The translations under genes were made by a program, and so were the position numbers. Shown piece by piece: positions 30,970-41,451 of a DNA stretch of 64,000 bases (position 1 is the stretch's first letter; each line of letters begins with the position of its first letter). The notes under the pieces were generated by a model that searched no databases, was not told where the DNA came from, and saw nothing but the letters and a program-made list of their open reading frames with translations. The stretch comes from Phytohabitans suffuscus (lineage in GTDB: Bacteria > Actinomycetota > Actinomycetes > Mycobacteriales > Micromonosporaceae): contig NZ_AP022871.1 of the NCBI RefSeq assembly GCF_011764565.1, positions 2,664,320-2,728,319 on the forward strand. Direction: 5' to 3'.

Positions 30970-33035
30970 TTGGCGTTCAGCTCGGCGAGGGGGGCGTCCG
31001 CGAGGCCGAGCCGCTTGGCGGCCTGGAGCAGCTCCTTCAGCTTCGTCGAGTCGGCGTTGCCGGCCTTGATCTGCTGGAGCAGGAACGCGGAGAGCGTCAG
31101 GTTCTGCACATCGCCGGTGTTGAGCGACCTGAGCAGCTCGGCGAGGTCCTTGGTGAAGTCGGCCGAACCCTCCAGCCACGGCTTGGCGAGCGCCTGCGCG
31201 ACGTCGGAGTGGCCGACGAAACCGTCGACCGCCTTGCCCGCGGCGATCGAGCTCATCAGCCGGTCGAAGAAGACGCTGTCGCCGCCGACGATGTCGATGT
31301 TCGCCTTCTCCAGGCCCTTCGACACGACGCTCGCCTGCGACTCGGCGATCTGCCGCTGCACGTCCAGGCCGGCGAGCCGGATCTCCTTCTCCGCCTCCAG
31401 CCGCAGGCGGTACTCCTCGTGCTCGCGGGTCGCCTCGTCGAGCGCGGCCATCGCGGCGGCCTTCTCGGTGAGACCCTCGGCCTCGCCCTTCAGCTTTTCG
31501 CGCACCGCGTCGGCCAGGGCCAGGGCCTTCTCCCGCTCGACCGTGGCTTCGGCCTTGCCGACCTTCTCCGCGCCCTCGGCCGCGGCGAGCGCCTTCTCCC
31601 GCTCCACGGCCGCCTCGGCGCGACCCACCTTCTCGATGGCCACCGCGTCCCGCTCGCGCACCTGCACGTCGGCCAGGCCGGCCGCGGCCGCCTCGGCCTG
31701 CACGCCCTCGGCCAGCCGGATCTTCGCCCGGGTGTCGAGCTCGGCCGCCTGCTGCCGGGCTTCGGCGAGCACCAGCGCCTCGCGCGCCTTGTGCTTGGCC
31801 GCCTGCTCCGCCGCCTCGGCCGCCTTGATGTCCTTGACCAGCGCCTCCTGCGCCTCGGCCTCGGCCTGGATGACGGTCGCCTGGCGCACCCGCTCGGCCT
31901 CTTCGACCACGCGCAGGCGCTTGATGTTCTCCTCCTGCTCGGCGACGGTCTTTTCGACCGCGATCCGCTCGCGGACCACCTCGGCGATGGACCGCTTCTC
32001 GGCCTCGACCTCCTTGTCCTTGGAGATCGTGGTCAGCTCGGTCTCCCGCTGCCGGGAGATGACCTCCAGCATGCGGTCCTTTTCGATCCGCTCGGTCTCG
32101 ATCGCGATGACCCGTTCCCGGTTCTTCTCCGCGACCGCGATCTCCCGCGCCTTGTTCTCCGCCTGGACGCCCAGCTGCTCCTCGGCCCGGAGGTTGGCGG
32201 CCTCGGCCTTCTGCCGCTCCTCCGCGCGCACCCGGGCGATCTCCGCCTCTTCGCGCGCCCGCATCGTCTCGACCTCGCGGCGCTGCTTGATCTCCGCCTC
32301 GGCCTGCTGGCGCTCCAGCTCCAGGATCGCCTGGCGGGCGTCGACGTTCTGGCGGGTGATCTCCTTCTGCTCGGTCTTCTGGAACTCGTTGGTCCGCACG
32401 TGCTCGATCGCGGTCAGCTCGGTGATCTTCCGGATGCCCTGCGCGTCGAGGATGTTGGCCGGGTCGAGCCGCGACATCGGCGTCTGCTCCAGGAAGTCGA
32501 TGGCCGCGTCCTCGAGGCTGTAGCCGTTGAGGTCGGTGCCGATCACCGCGATGATCTGGTCGCGGAACTCGTCGCGCTTGGTGTACAGGTCGACGAAGTC
32601 GAGCTGCTTGCCGACGGTCTTCAGCGCCTCGGAGAACTTCGCGTTGAACAGCTCCTGCAGCGTCTCCTGGTCGCTGGCCCGTGCGGTGCCGATCGCCTGC
32701 GCCACCTTGATGACGTCTTCGGTGGTCTTGTTGACCCGCACGAAGAACGTGATTTTGATGTCGGCCCGGATGTTGTCGCGACAGATGAGCCCCTCGTTGC
32801 CGGTGCGCTCGATGTCGATCGTCTTGACCGAGATGTCCATGATCTCGGCCTTGTTGAAGACCGGCAGCACGACCGCGCCGGTGAACGTGACGTCGACCTT
32901 CCGGATCTTCGAGATGATGAGCGCCTTGCCCTGCTCCACCTTGCGGAACAGCCGGCTCACCATGAAGAGCAGCACGATGACGACGAGCAGTACGACGGCG
33001 ACGAGCACGCCGAAGCCGGTGGTGATGGCGTCCAT
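30966..33035 (-). CDS. Flotillin-family SPFH/band-7 protein (FloT/YqiK-like)
   Basis: N-terminal TM, SPFH domain, and a long EA-rich coiled coil with repeated AEAE/ERQKAE heptads; 689 aa. RBS GAGGGA 6 nt upstream of the ATG. Confidence 0.85.
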   Translation of the reverse strand: MDAITTGFGVLVAVVLLVVIVLLFMVSRLFRKVEQGKALIISKIRKVDVTFTGAVVLPVFNKAEIMDISVKTIDIERTGNEGLICRDNIRADIKITFFVRVNKTTEDVIKVAQAIGTARASDQETLQELFNAKFSEALKTVGKQLDFVDLYTKRDEFRDQIIAVIGTDLNGYSLEDAAIDFLEQTPMSRLDPANILDAQGIRKITELTAIEHVRTNEFQKTEQKEITRQNVDARQAILELERQQAEAEIKQRREVETMRAREEAEIARVRAEERQKAEAANLRAEEQLGVQAENKAREIAVAEKNRERVIAIETERIEKDRMLEVISRQRETELTTISKDKEVEAEKRSIAEVVRERIAVEKTVAEQEENIKRLRVVEEAERVRQATVIQAEAEAQEALVKDIKAAEAAEQAAKHKAREALVLAEARQQAAELDTRAKIRLAEGVQAEAAAAGLADVQVRERDAVAIEKVGRAEAAVEREKALAAAEGAEKVGKAEATVEREKALALADAVREKLKGEAEGLTEKAAAMAALDEATREHEEYRLRLEAEKEIRLAGLDVQRQIAESQASVVSKGLEKANIDIVGGDSVFFDRLMSSIAAGKAVDGFVGHSDVAQALAKPWLEGSADFTKDLAELLRSLNTGDVQNLTLSAFLLQQIKAGNADSTKLKELLQAAKRLGLADAPLAELNAK

Positions 33036-33046
33036 GAGGGTCCCTC

Positions 33047-33636
33047 TTATCCGTGTGGTTCGGGGTGTGGGACGGGGTGACCCAGAAGAACTCCCCGTCG
33101 GCGTCGTAGTCGTAGATCAGCGCGGTCGTGCCGGCCTTGAACGTGTCGCTGCCGGTCTGCCGCACCTGGATGATCGCGGACGAACCGTCCGCGGAGGTAA
33201 CCTCCGCTTGGCCGAATGTCTGGCTGACCCGCCCGGTGCGGATGACACACACCGATCCGACGAAGTCGGCGCGGGACGCCTCAGGCCCGGTGGGAAAGAG
33301 CCGCCGCAGCGGAATCACGAGCAGCCGCGTGGCGAGCCACGCCAACGCGAGCGCCACGAGCAACGCGAGGATCGCGAGCAACAGCACACCGCCGGAAATC
33401 ACCGTGCCGGCGAGGCTGAGGAACCAGGCGATCGCGATCAGAAGCGAGGCGGTGACGGCGACGGGCACCCCGGCGAACCCGAGACCGCCCAACACGTCAC
33501 CGTCGCCGTCGAAGTCGAGGGCCTCGATGTCGAGCGCACCGAGAAGCACCAGGATCCAGTAGCCGACGACGACCACGAGGAGGAAAGTGAACAGCACAGC
33601 CGGGAAACCGAGCGCCGCGTCCACAAACTCACCCAT
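33047..33636 (-). CDS. NfeD-like (YqiJ/YuaF-type) membrane protein with C-terminal OB/beta-barrel; stop hidden by a probable homopolymer indel
   Basis: Three TM helices, then GSVCVIRTGRVSQTFGQAEVTSADGSSAIIQVRQ...ALIYDYDADGEFFWVTP. The observed frame has no stop and runs into flotillin. The neighbouring frame gives TAA 12 nt before the flotillin ATG if one C is restored in a C4 run. Confidence 0.6.
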
Positions 33637-33737
33637 CGGCCCGCGCCTACCCCCGCTGCGAAAGTGCCCAACCCGTAGTCAGGATCATGACATGGCTGGT
33701 CAACCCCTGGCAGCACCGGCCCGGGTGGGCAAGGGCC

Positions 33738-34734
33738 TCAGCGGCCGTCGAGCAAGGGTTGGCGGGGATCCCAGGGCTCGCCGCCGCGGCGGCGGGCGAT
33801 CGCGGACAGGGCCTCCAGCACGACGCGGTTGCCCAGGTAGGCCGTGATGTCGGCGTGGTCGTACGGCGGGGAGACCTCGACCACGTCGACGCCGACGACC
33901 GGCAGCTCCAGGCAGCAGCGCCGGACCGCGTCGAGCAGCTGGCGCGCGGTCAGCCCGCCTGGCTCCGGGTGCCGGTGCCGGGCGCCATGCCGGGATCCAC
34001 CACGTCGATGTCGACGGACAGGAAGACACCCTCGCACCCGTCGACCGCGATCCCGAACGCCTCGGTCAGGCACTCGTCGACGCCGCGGGCCACGATCTCG
34101 CTCATCTCGTACGAGCGCATGCGCCGCTCGGCCATCCAGCTCAGCACGGCAGGGCCGGGCCAGTAGCCGCGCAGTCCAATTTGGAGGAAGCGGTCGCCGC
34201 GGATGGCGCCGGACTCGATGAGGCGGCGCATCGGGAGGCCGTGGCCGTACAGCGAGCCGAACTCGATCTCGCCGGTGTCGGCGTGCGCGTCGAAATGCAC
34301 CATCGACACGTTGCCGTAGCCGTGGTGCCGGGCCACACCCTTGGCGTCCGGCAGGGTGATGGAGTGGTCGCCGCCGAGCACCAGGGGATCGCGCCGGACG
34401 CGGCCACCGCCGCGACCGCCTCCTCCAGCGCGCCCAGCGCCCGCTCGATGTCGCCGCTGAACATCTCGACGTCGCCGGCGTCGTACACCTTCAGGTCGCG
34501 CAGGCCGTCGGTGCGCAGCGCGAGCGACGGACGGCTGCCGTCGTGTTCGAGATAGCACGCCTGGCGCATCGCGGTCGGCCCGAAGCGGGTGCCGGGACGG
34601 TTGGTGGTGCCGCCGTCGAAGGGCGCGCCGACGATGACGACGTCGGCGTCCGCGTACGACTCCGGCGCGCCGATGTCGCATCGCTCGACCCCGAGAAACG
34701 TCACGTCCGGACCGAACATCGGGCCGTACCTCAC
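33738..34734 (-). CDS. speB: Agmatinase/arginase-family ureohydrolase; two apparent -1 frameshifts
   Basis: Pieces in three frames join collinearly: ...NRPGTRFGPTAMR...ASGAIP | LVLGGDHSITLP...HFDAHADTG...SVDIDVVDPGMAPGTGT | PEPGGLT...VGVDVVEVSPPYDHADITA. Both junctions lie at C/G runs (about 34385 and 33975). GTG start overlaps the upstream stop (GTGA). Confidence 0.7.
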
Positions 34735-35933
34735 CGCTCCTCCATCCCCCACGGCGAGCCGTACCCGGTCAGCAGGTCGAGGAACGGCCGGGCCGGGAAC
34801 GCCTCCGGGCCCAGCACGCCGGTGCCCGACCAGGTGCCGGCGGCGAGCAGTTCGAGCGCGACGATCGGGTTGATGGCGGTCTGCCACACGACGGCCTGGT
34901 GACCGTACTCGCGCATCGACCACTCGTTGTCGACCACGTGGTAGAGGTAGACGGCGCGCGGCCCGCCGGACTTTCCGGTGCCGCGCACCCACGTGCCGGC
35001 GCAGGTCTTGCCGCGCATCTTGTCGCCGAGCGTGGCCGGGTCGGGCAGGCAGGCGGCGACCACGTCGCGCGGCGCCACCGACACCCCGCCCACCCGCACC
35101 GGGTCGGTGCCGTCCAGGCCGAGCTTGTGCAGGATACGGAGCACGTCGATGAACTCGCTGCCCAGCCCGTACTTGAACGTGACCCGCTTGGCGTCGACCC
35201 AGCGCGGGATCAGCAGCACCTCTTCGTGCTCGACGTTGACGCACTCGACCGGGCCGATGCCCTCCGGGAAGTCGAAGACCTCCGGCTCGGAGAACGGCTC
35301 GGTGGTGTGCCAGCCCTTGCCCGCCTCCCAGATCACCGGCGGGTTGAGGCACTCCTCGATGGTGGTCCAGATGGAGAAGGAGGGCGCGAAGTCGTACCCG
35401 TCCACGACCAGGTTGGCGCCGTCACGCACACCGATCTCGTCGATCTCGCTGAAGAGCTCGTCGGCCGCGTACCGCGCGAAGACGTCGGAGAGGCCCGGCT
35501 CGACGCCCATGCCGACCAGCGCCAGCCGCCCGCTCCGCGCCCACCGCTCGGCCTGGGCGAACTGGTCGTCGCCGAGCTTCACGCCGGTCTGCGCGTGCGG
35601 CCGCTCGGGGTGCGGCTTGGACAGCGACATCGCCATGTCGAGGTAGCCGGCGCCGGCGGCGTACGCGCCGTCGAAGATGGGCATGACGAACCGCGGGTCG
35701 ACCGCGTTGAGCACGTGGGTGATGCGGTGCTCGCGGCAGAGCGCGGCCACCGCCTCGGCCGAGGAGGCGTCGACCCGGGCCGCCGTGAAGCGGTCGTCCA
35801 CAGTGGATACCGCGCGGGCGGCGCGGTCCGGGTCGTAGTCGGCGACCACCATCGCCTCGAAGAACTCGCGGCGGGCGGCGATGGGCACGGCGGCCGAGCC
35901 CACCCCGCCGGCACCGACCAGCAGGATGCGCAT
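34731..35933 (-). CDS. Saccharopine-dehydrogenase-family NAD(P) oxidoreductase (homospermidine/carboxynorspermidine-synthase-like)
   Basis: N-terminal Rossmann MRILLVGAGGVGSA; 400 aa; ATGA overlap with potC. Confidence 0.7.
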   Translation of the reverse strand: MRILLVGAGGVGSAAVPIAARREFFEAMVVADYDPDRAARAVSTVDDRFTAARVDASSAEAVAALCREHRITHVLNAVDPRFVMPIFDGAYAAGAGYLDMAMSLSKPHPERPHAQTGVKLGDDQFAQAERWARSGRLALVGMGVEPGLSDVFARYAADELFSEIDEIGVRDGANLVVDGYDFAPSFSIWTTIEECLNPPVIWEAGKGWHTTEPFSEPEVFDFPEGIGPVECVNVEHEEVLLIPRWVDAKRVTFKYGLGSEFIDVLRILHKLGLDGTDPVRVGGVSVAPRDVVAACLPDPATLGDKMRGKTCAGTWVRGTGKSGGPRAVYLYHVVDNEWSMREYGHQAVVWQTAINPIVALELLAAGTWSGTGVLGPEAFPARPFLDLLTGYGSPWGMEER

Positions 35934-36721
35934 CAGACGGCCCTCCTCCGGCGTACCGACGTGCCGAGCACGAGCAGCAGCGCGATCAGGAACATCGCGG
36001 TGCCGATGACGTTCACCTCCGGCGGGATGCCACGCTGGGCGGCGCCCCAGACGTACATCGGGAACGTCACCGTGGTGCCCGAGTTGAAGTTCGTGATGAT
36101 GAAGTCGTCGAACGACAGCGAGAACGCCAGCAGCGCGGCCGCGACGATGCCCGGCAGGACCAGCGGCAGCGTCACCTTGCGGAAGGTCTGGAGCTCGCTG
36201 GCGTACAGGTCCATCGCCGCCTCCTCCAGCCGGCTGTCCAACCCGGACAGTCGCGCCTTAACGGTGACGACGACGAACGAGACGCAGAACATCACGTGCG
36301 CGATGACCACCGTCCAGAAGCCGAGCGGCAACCCGCCGGCCACGAAGAGCGCGAGCAGCGAGGAGCCCATCACCACCTCGGGCGTCGCCATCGGCAGGAA
36401 GATGAGCAGGTTTGTCGCGCCACGGCCGCGGAAGCGGTGGCGTACGAGCGCGAACGCCATCAGCGTGCCGAGAAGCGTGGCCACGACGGTGGCGATGAAG
36501 CCGATCTGCACGCTGCGCACGACCGCGTCACACATGTCGCCCGGACCGCAGGGGTTGGTCCAGTTGTCCAGGGTGAACTTGTTGAAGTCGTACGACAGGC
36601 GGCTCGACGGCTCGTTGAACGAGAGCCCCACGACCACGGCGATGGGCAGGAAGAGGTAGGCGAGGACGAGCACGCCCACGCCCATCACCCAGTGGTCGGA
36701 CAGCCAGCGCCCGAGTCTCAT
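35933..36721 (-). CDS. potC: Spermidine/putrescine ABC transporter permease
   Basis: MRLGRWLSDHW...; EAA-like loop region; six TM; ATGA overlap with potB. Confidence 0.75.
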   Translation of the reverse strand: MRLGRWLSDHWVMGVGVLVLAYLFLPIAVVVGLSFNEPSSRLSYDFNKFTLDNWTNPCGPGDMCDAVVRSVQIGFIATVVATLLGTLMAFALVRHRFRGRGATNLLIFLPMATPEVVMGSSLLALFVAGGLPLGFWTVVIAHVMFCVSFVVVTVKARLSGLDSRLEEAAMDLYASELQTFRKVTLPLVLPGIVAAALLAFSLSFDDFIITNFNSGTTVTFPMYVWGAAQRGIPPEVNVIGTAMFLIALLLVLGTSVRRRRAV

Positions 36722-37631
36722 CAGAGCACCTCGTCCGTTCCGGCCCGCTTCACGTACACGAACACCATCGCCAGGATGATCGCCATCAGGATGAACGACA
36801 GGGCCGCCGCCTGCGGGTAGTCGAGCCGTACGAGGAAGGCGGAGTCGATCACGTTGCCGATCATGTACTGGTTGGGCGTGCCGAGCAGCTCCGCGTTGAT
36901 GTAGTCGCCGGCCGCGGGGATGAACGTGAGCAGCGTGCCGGCCACCACGCCGGGCATCGACAGCGGCAGCGTCACCTTGGCGAACGCGCGCACCGGGCTC
37001 GCGTACAGGTCGTTGGCCGCCTCCAGCAGCCGGCCGTCGAGGCGGTCCAGGCTGGCGTAGAGCGGCAGCACCATGAACGGCAGGAAGTTGTAGGTCAGGC
37101 CGAGCACCACCGCCGCCGACGTCGCCAGCACCCGGCCGTCGGAGCCGACGACGCCGATGTCGCGCAGGATGCCGACCACGAAGCCGTTGTCCGACAGGAT
37201 CGTCTTCCAGGCCAGCGTGCGCACGAGAAAGCTGGTGAAGAACGGGGCGATGACGCAGACCAGCATGAGGTTCTTGAAGCGGGTGGCCTTCTGCGCGATC
37301 GCGTACGCCAGCGGGTAGCCCAGCAGCAGGCAGAGCAGCGTGGCGATGCCCGCGTAGACCAGCGAGCGCACGAAGTGCGGCCAGTACGCGGAGAGCGCGT
37401 CGGCGTAGTTGCCGAACTCCCACGTCATCGCGTACCCCGTCTGCAGCGACCCGTTCGGGTCGTACAGGCTGGTGGCGGCGAGCTGCACCGCGGGCACCGC
37501 GAAGAAGACGGTCAGCCACAGGCCGCCGGGAGCAGCAGCAGGTACGGCAGGAGCCGCCGCCCCTTCCGCGGGGGCGGTGGAGGTGTCTCATGTGGACCGA
37601 CGGCGGTGCCGATGTGCCCTACGACACTCAC
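36721..37631 (-). CDS. potB: Spermidine/putrescine ABC transporter permease; apparent -1 frameshift near 37527
   Basis: N-terminus ...RKGRRLLPYLLLLP in one frame continues GGLWLTVFFAVPAVQL... in the next. GTG start overlaps the potA stop (GTGA). Confidence 0.7.
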
Positions 37632-38754
37632 GGTACGGGCTCCAGCAGGGGTTGAGTCGCGTCGCCGGCGCCGGCCTGGCGGCTGAGCAGGAACGCGTGG
37701 TCGGGCCGCCAGTACGCCACCACGTGGGCGCCGACCGGCACCTGGGCGAGCACACCGGCGTTCGAGGCGAACGCGGAGACCTCGGTGCCCCACGGCGTGC
37801 GCACGAGGTACTGCGTGCTGACACCCACGTAGGACGAGTCGGAGACGACGCCGGTCACCCACTGGTGGCCCGCCGGCACCGAGTCGGTGTTCGGCGCGAG
37901 GTGCAGCTTTTCCGGCCGTACCCCAGATAGACGTCTCCGTCGACGGCCCGGCAGCGGGCCGCGGGCAGCGAGAAGCGCGAACCGTACGCCGAGACCATCA
38001 CGTCTTCGCCGCTCCGGCCGGACACCTCCCCGGCCAGCAGGTTGGACTGGCCGAGGAAGTTGGCGACGAACGGCGTGGACGGGAACTCGTAGATCTCGGC
38101 CGGCGCGCCCAGCTGCTCGATCCGCCCCGCGTTCATCACGGCGACCGTGTCGGCCATCGTCATGGCCTCCTCCTGGTCGTGCGTGACGTGCACGAAGGTC
38201 AGCCCGACCTCGGTCTGGATGCGCTTGAGCTCGATCTGCATCTGCCGGCGCAGCTTGAGGTCGAGCGCGCCGAGCGGCTCGTCCAGCAGCAGCACCTGCG
38301 GGTGGTTGATGAGCGCGCGGGCGAGCGCCACCCGCTGCTGCTGGCCGCCGGAGAGCTGGGCCGGGCGGCGCTTGCCGTACCCCTCCAGCTGCACCAGCGC
38401 GAGCATCCGCTCGACCTGCGCCCGGATGTCGCCGACACCGCGCCGGCGCAGGCCGAACGCGACGTTCTCGAAGACGTCCAGGTGCGGGAAGAGCGCGTAG
38501 CTCTGGAACACGGTGTTGACCGGGCGCTTGTACGGCCGGAGCCGGCTGATGTCCTTGCCGCCGAGCAGCACCTTGCCGCTCGTCGGCTCCTCCAGGCCGG
38601 CCACCATCCGCAGCGTGGTGGTCTTGCCGCAGCCGGACGCGCCGAGCAGCGCGAAGAACCCGCCCTGCGGGATCGTGAGGCTGAGGTCGTCGACGGCGGT
38701 GAAGATCCCGAACCGCTTCGTCAGGTTGACCAGCCGCAGGTCGCTATCGCTCAT
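37628..38754 (-). CDS. potA: Spermidine/putrescine ABC transporter ATPase; apparent -1 frameshift near 37922
   Basis: Walker [10 protein letters not shown], signature [15 protein letters not shown], Walker B LLLDEP. C-terminal TOBE domain continues in ORF 37628-37879 (G4 run should be G5). Confidence 0.75.
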
Positions 38755-38764
38755 CTCTCCGCCA

Positions 38765-39988
38765 TCACGCGCCGATTGCCTGCTGGAACTTGGTCGAGTA
38801 CGACCGCTCCTGCGCCTCGTCGAGCGCCATGAAGACCTTGGTCTTGTTGAGCGTCGCGTCGTCCGGGAAGATCAGCGGGTTTTCGGCCAGCTCGGGGTCG
38901 ATCTCGGTGATCTTCTCCTGGGCGCCCTGCACGGGGCAGATGTAGTTGACGTACGCGGCGAGCTCGGCGGCCACACTCGGGTCGTAGTAGTAGTCGATCA
39001 GCTTCTCGGCGTTCGCCTTGTGCGCCGCCTTGTTGGGGACCAGCATGTTGTCCGACCAGAGCATGAGCCCCGAGTCCGGCGCCACAAACTTGATCTTGTC
39101 GTTTTCGGCGGACAGCTGGATCACGTCACCGGACCAGGCCACGCAGGCGGCGATGTCGCCCTTGGTGAGCTCGCTGGTGTAGTCGTTGCCGGTGAACTTG
39201 CGGATCTGGCCGGACGAGACGCCCCGCTTGAGCTTCTCCAGCGAGTCGTCGAACTGCGCCTCGGTGAAGTTGCTCGGGTCGTGCCCGCTGGACAGCAGCA
39301 TCAGGCCCATCGTGTCGCGCATCTCGGTCAGGAAGGTGACCTTGCCCTTGAGGTCGGCCCGGGTGAGCAGCTCGTCGATCGTGCGCACCTCGCCGGTCAC
39401 GCTGCCGTTGTAGGCGATGCCGGTGAGGCCGGACTGCCACGGCACCGCGTACTCGTCGTTCTTGTCGAACGGCCGGGCGCGCAGCGAGCGCAGGAGGTTG
39501 GCCTGCACGTTGGGCAGGTTGGCCTTGTTGAGCTTCTGCAGCCAGCCGAGCCGGATCAGGCGGGCGGCCATCCAGTCGGTGAGCACGAAGATGTCGCGGT
39601 CGGTGGGCTGGCAGCCGGAGAGCTGGTTTTGCACCTTGCCGAAGAACTCGTCGTTGTCGTTGACGTCCTCGGTGTAGGTGACCTGGATGCCGGCGCTCTC
39701 CTGGAAGGAGATCAGCGTGGGGTGCTTGGACTCGTCCTTCTCGTCGACGTCCAGGTACTGCGGCCAGTTGGAGAAGGCCAGCTTCTTGTCGGTGGCAGAG
39801 GTGTCCTCGCTGACACAACTGTCGGCGGACTGGGCGGTGCCCTCAGTGCCGCACGCGGTGAGGAGGCCACCCGCGGTGGCCAGTGCGCCCGTGGCCATGG
39901 CCCCGCGCACGAGGGTGCGCCGGGAAAGCCGGGACGCTGAGACCAGGGCCATGGCTTCGGGCGAGAGGGAGCTATGTGAGGGGCGCAT
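38765..39988 (-). CDS. potD: Polyamine ABC transporter substrate-binding lipoprotein (PotD/PotF-like) with Tat-type signal
   Basis: [11 protein letters not shown]...LLTAC signal/lipobox; PotD-like fold pattern. ATG at 39988 (GGAG 8 nt upstream) preferred over the ORF-track start at 40090. Confidence 0.75.
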   Translation of the reverse strand: MRPSHSSLSPEAMALVSASRLSRRTLVRGAMATGALATAGGLLTACGTEGTAQSADSCVSEDTSATDKKLAFSNWPQYLDVDEKDESKHPTLISFQESAGIQVTYTEDVNDNDEFFGKVQNQLSGCQPTDRDIFVLTDWMAARLIRLGWLQKLNKANLPNVQANLLRSLRARPFDKNDEYAVPWQSGLTGIAYNGSVTGEVRTIDELLTRADLKGKVTFLTEMRDTMGLMLLSSGHDPSNFTEAQFDDSLEKLKRGVSSGQIRKFTGNDYTSELTKGDIAACVAWSGDVIQLSAENDKIKFVAPDSGLMLWSDNMLVPNKAAHKANAEKLIDYYYDPSVAAELAAYVNYICPVQGAQEKITEIDPELAENPLIFPDDATLNKTKVFMALDEAQERSYSTKFQQAIGA

Positions 39989-40137
39989 GTGCGACTCCAG
40001 GGTGGTTCGCGAGAATGCTTCGTACGATCCGACGCCTGATCCTGGCATGATGTATGCCCAGTCACAAGGATTCCGTTGCAGAAGAGCCAATTCGCAACGA
40101 AATACGAACGTAACAGTGCTCTCGCAGGAGGCAACGG

Positions 40138-40623
40138 ATGGTGAAACCGCGGCAGGGCGTGGGCGAGGGTATGGCCCACGTACTGCTCGATGACGTCGGC
40201 AAGCAGATCATCGAGCAACTGCAGGAGGACGGACGGCGCCCGTACGCCACGATAGGCAAGGCGGTGGGGCTCTCCGAGGCCGCGGTGCGGCAGCGCGTGC
40301 AGCGGCTCCTCGACGCCGGCGTGATGCAGATCGTGGCGGTCACCGACCCGCTCCAGCTGGGCTTCCCCCGCCAGGCCATGATCGGTCTGCGCACGCGGGG
40401 GGACCTCGAGGCGATCGCCGACCGGCTCGCCGAGGTCGAGGAGCTCGACTACGTGGTGATCACCGCAGGCTCGTTCGACCTGCTGACCGAGGTGGTCTGC
40501 CGCAACGACGACCACCTGCTGGAGATCATCAGCCGGCTACGCCAGGTCGAGGGCGTGATCGCGACCGAGGCCTTCGTCTACCTCAAGCTCCGGAAACAGA
40601 CATACACCTGGGGTACGGCATGA
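40138..40623 (+). CDS. Lrp/AsnC-family transcriptional regulator
   Basis: HTH_AsnC pattern (LDDVGKQIIEQLQEDGRRPYATIGKAVGLSEAAVRQRVQRL) plus RAM domain; strong RBS AGGAGG 6 nt upstream; divergent from potD. Confidence 0.75.
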   Translation: MVKPRQGVGEGMAHVLLDDVGKQIIEQLQEDGRRPYATIGKAVGLSEAAVRQRVQRLLDAGVMQIVAVTDPLQLGFPRQAMIGLRTRGDLEAIADRLAEVEELDYVVITAGSFDLLTEVVCRNDDHLLEIISRLRQVEGVIATEAFVYLKLRKQTYTWGTA

Positions 40624-40633
40624 AGCGCTCGCC

Positions 40634-41220
40634 CTAGGAGCCGGCGACGGTCCGGGGGCGGCGGGCGTGGTAGACGAGCGCGGGGGCACGTTGCGCCAGA
40701 CGGTCCGGCCGATCACGACCTCCTCGAAGGCCGTGCGGACGGCAGAGCGGAGGCGCCGGGCCGGCGGGGCCCAGAGCGCGTGGACGTACGCGAACGTCGT
40801 GAACGCGCCGTCGGGAGCCATCGCCTGCCGCACCGCGTCCAGGACGCTCCCCTGCCGCCGGGCGGAGAACGCGGCCCACGGCAGGCCGCTCACGATCACG
40901 TCAGCCCGGCCCAGGCCGCGCTCGCCCAGCAGGTCGCCCAGGTGCGCCGCGTCGCCGACCGCGATGTCCACACCCGGGTACCGGTCGGCGAGGCGGTTGG
41001 CGAAGACCGGGTTCAGCTCGACCGCGAGGTGGTGACCGCGGCCGCCGAGCCGGCGCTGGATGACGTCGGTGAACGCGCCGGTGCCGGGACCGAGCTCGAC
41101 CACCACCGGGTCGCCGCTCTCGGGTACGGCGGCGCAGATGTGGCGGGCCAGGACGGCGGAGCTCGGGGCGATCGCACCCACCGAGAGGGGAGCGCGGGCG
41201 AACTCGCGGAAGAAGCGCAT
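40634..41220 (-). CDS. Class I SAM-dependent methyltransferase; apparent -1 frameshift near 40684
   Basis: ELGPGTG motif I; the C-terminus WRNVPP|ALVYHARRP continues in the neighbouring frame at a C5/C6 run. Confidence 0.5.
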
Positions 41221-41451
41221 CGCGTCGTCGGTCACGCCGCCCAGTCTCGTGAGCGCGAAGGCGATCACCCTCCTCCATACGGACCGGGAGGCCGGCCAGT
41301 TGGAGGAGACGGCGGCAGGCCGCGGGAGTACACGGTCCGGGACGGCTACGCGGGCCCAATTAGGCGGAGAGTCAACGAAATCCGTTGCGTCCGGTTTCTC
41401 GCGTGACGGATTCGCTTGCATGGCACGCTGGTGCTGTGCGGTAATCGTCGC

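Noticed and set aside
26056-33636. Single 2526-aa ORF on the minus strand
   Set aside because: It is a chance open frame. Its N-terminus is the NfeD-like gene. Its middle is an out-of-frame, Arg/Gly-rich reading of the flotillin gene. Only the last 1637 codons, from the GTG at 30969, form a coherent protein. Flotillin lies in a different frame with its own RBS.
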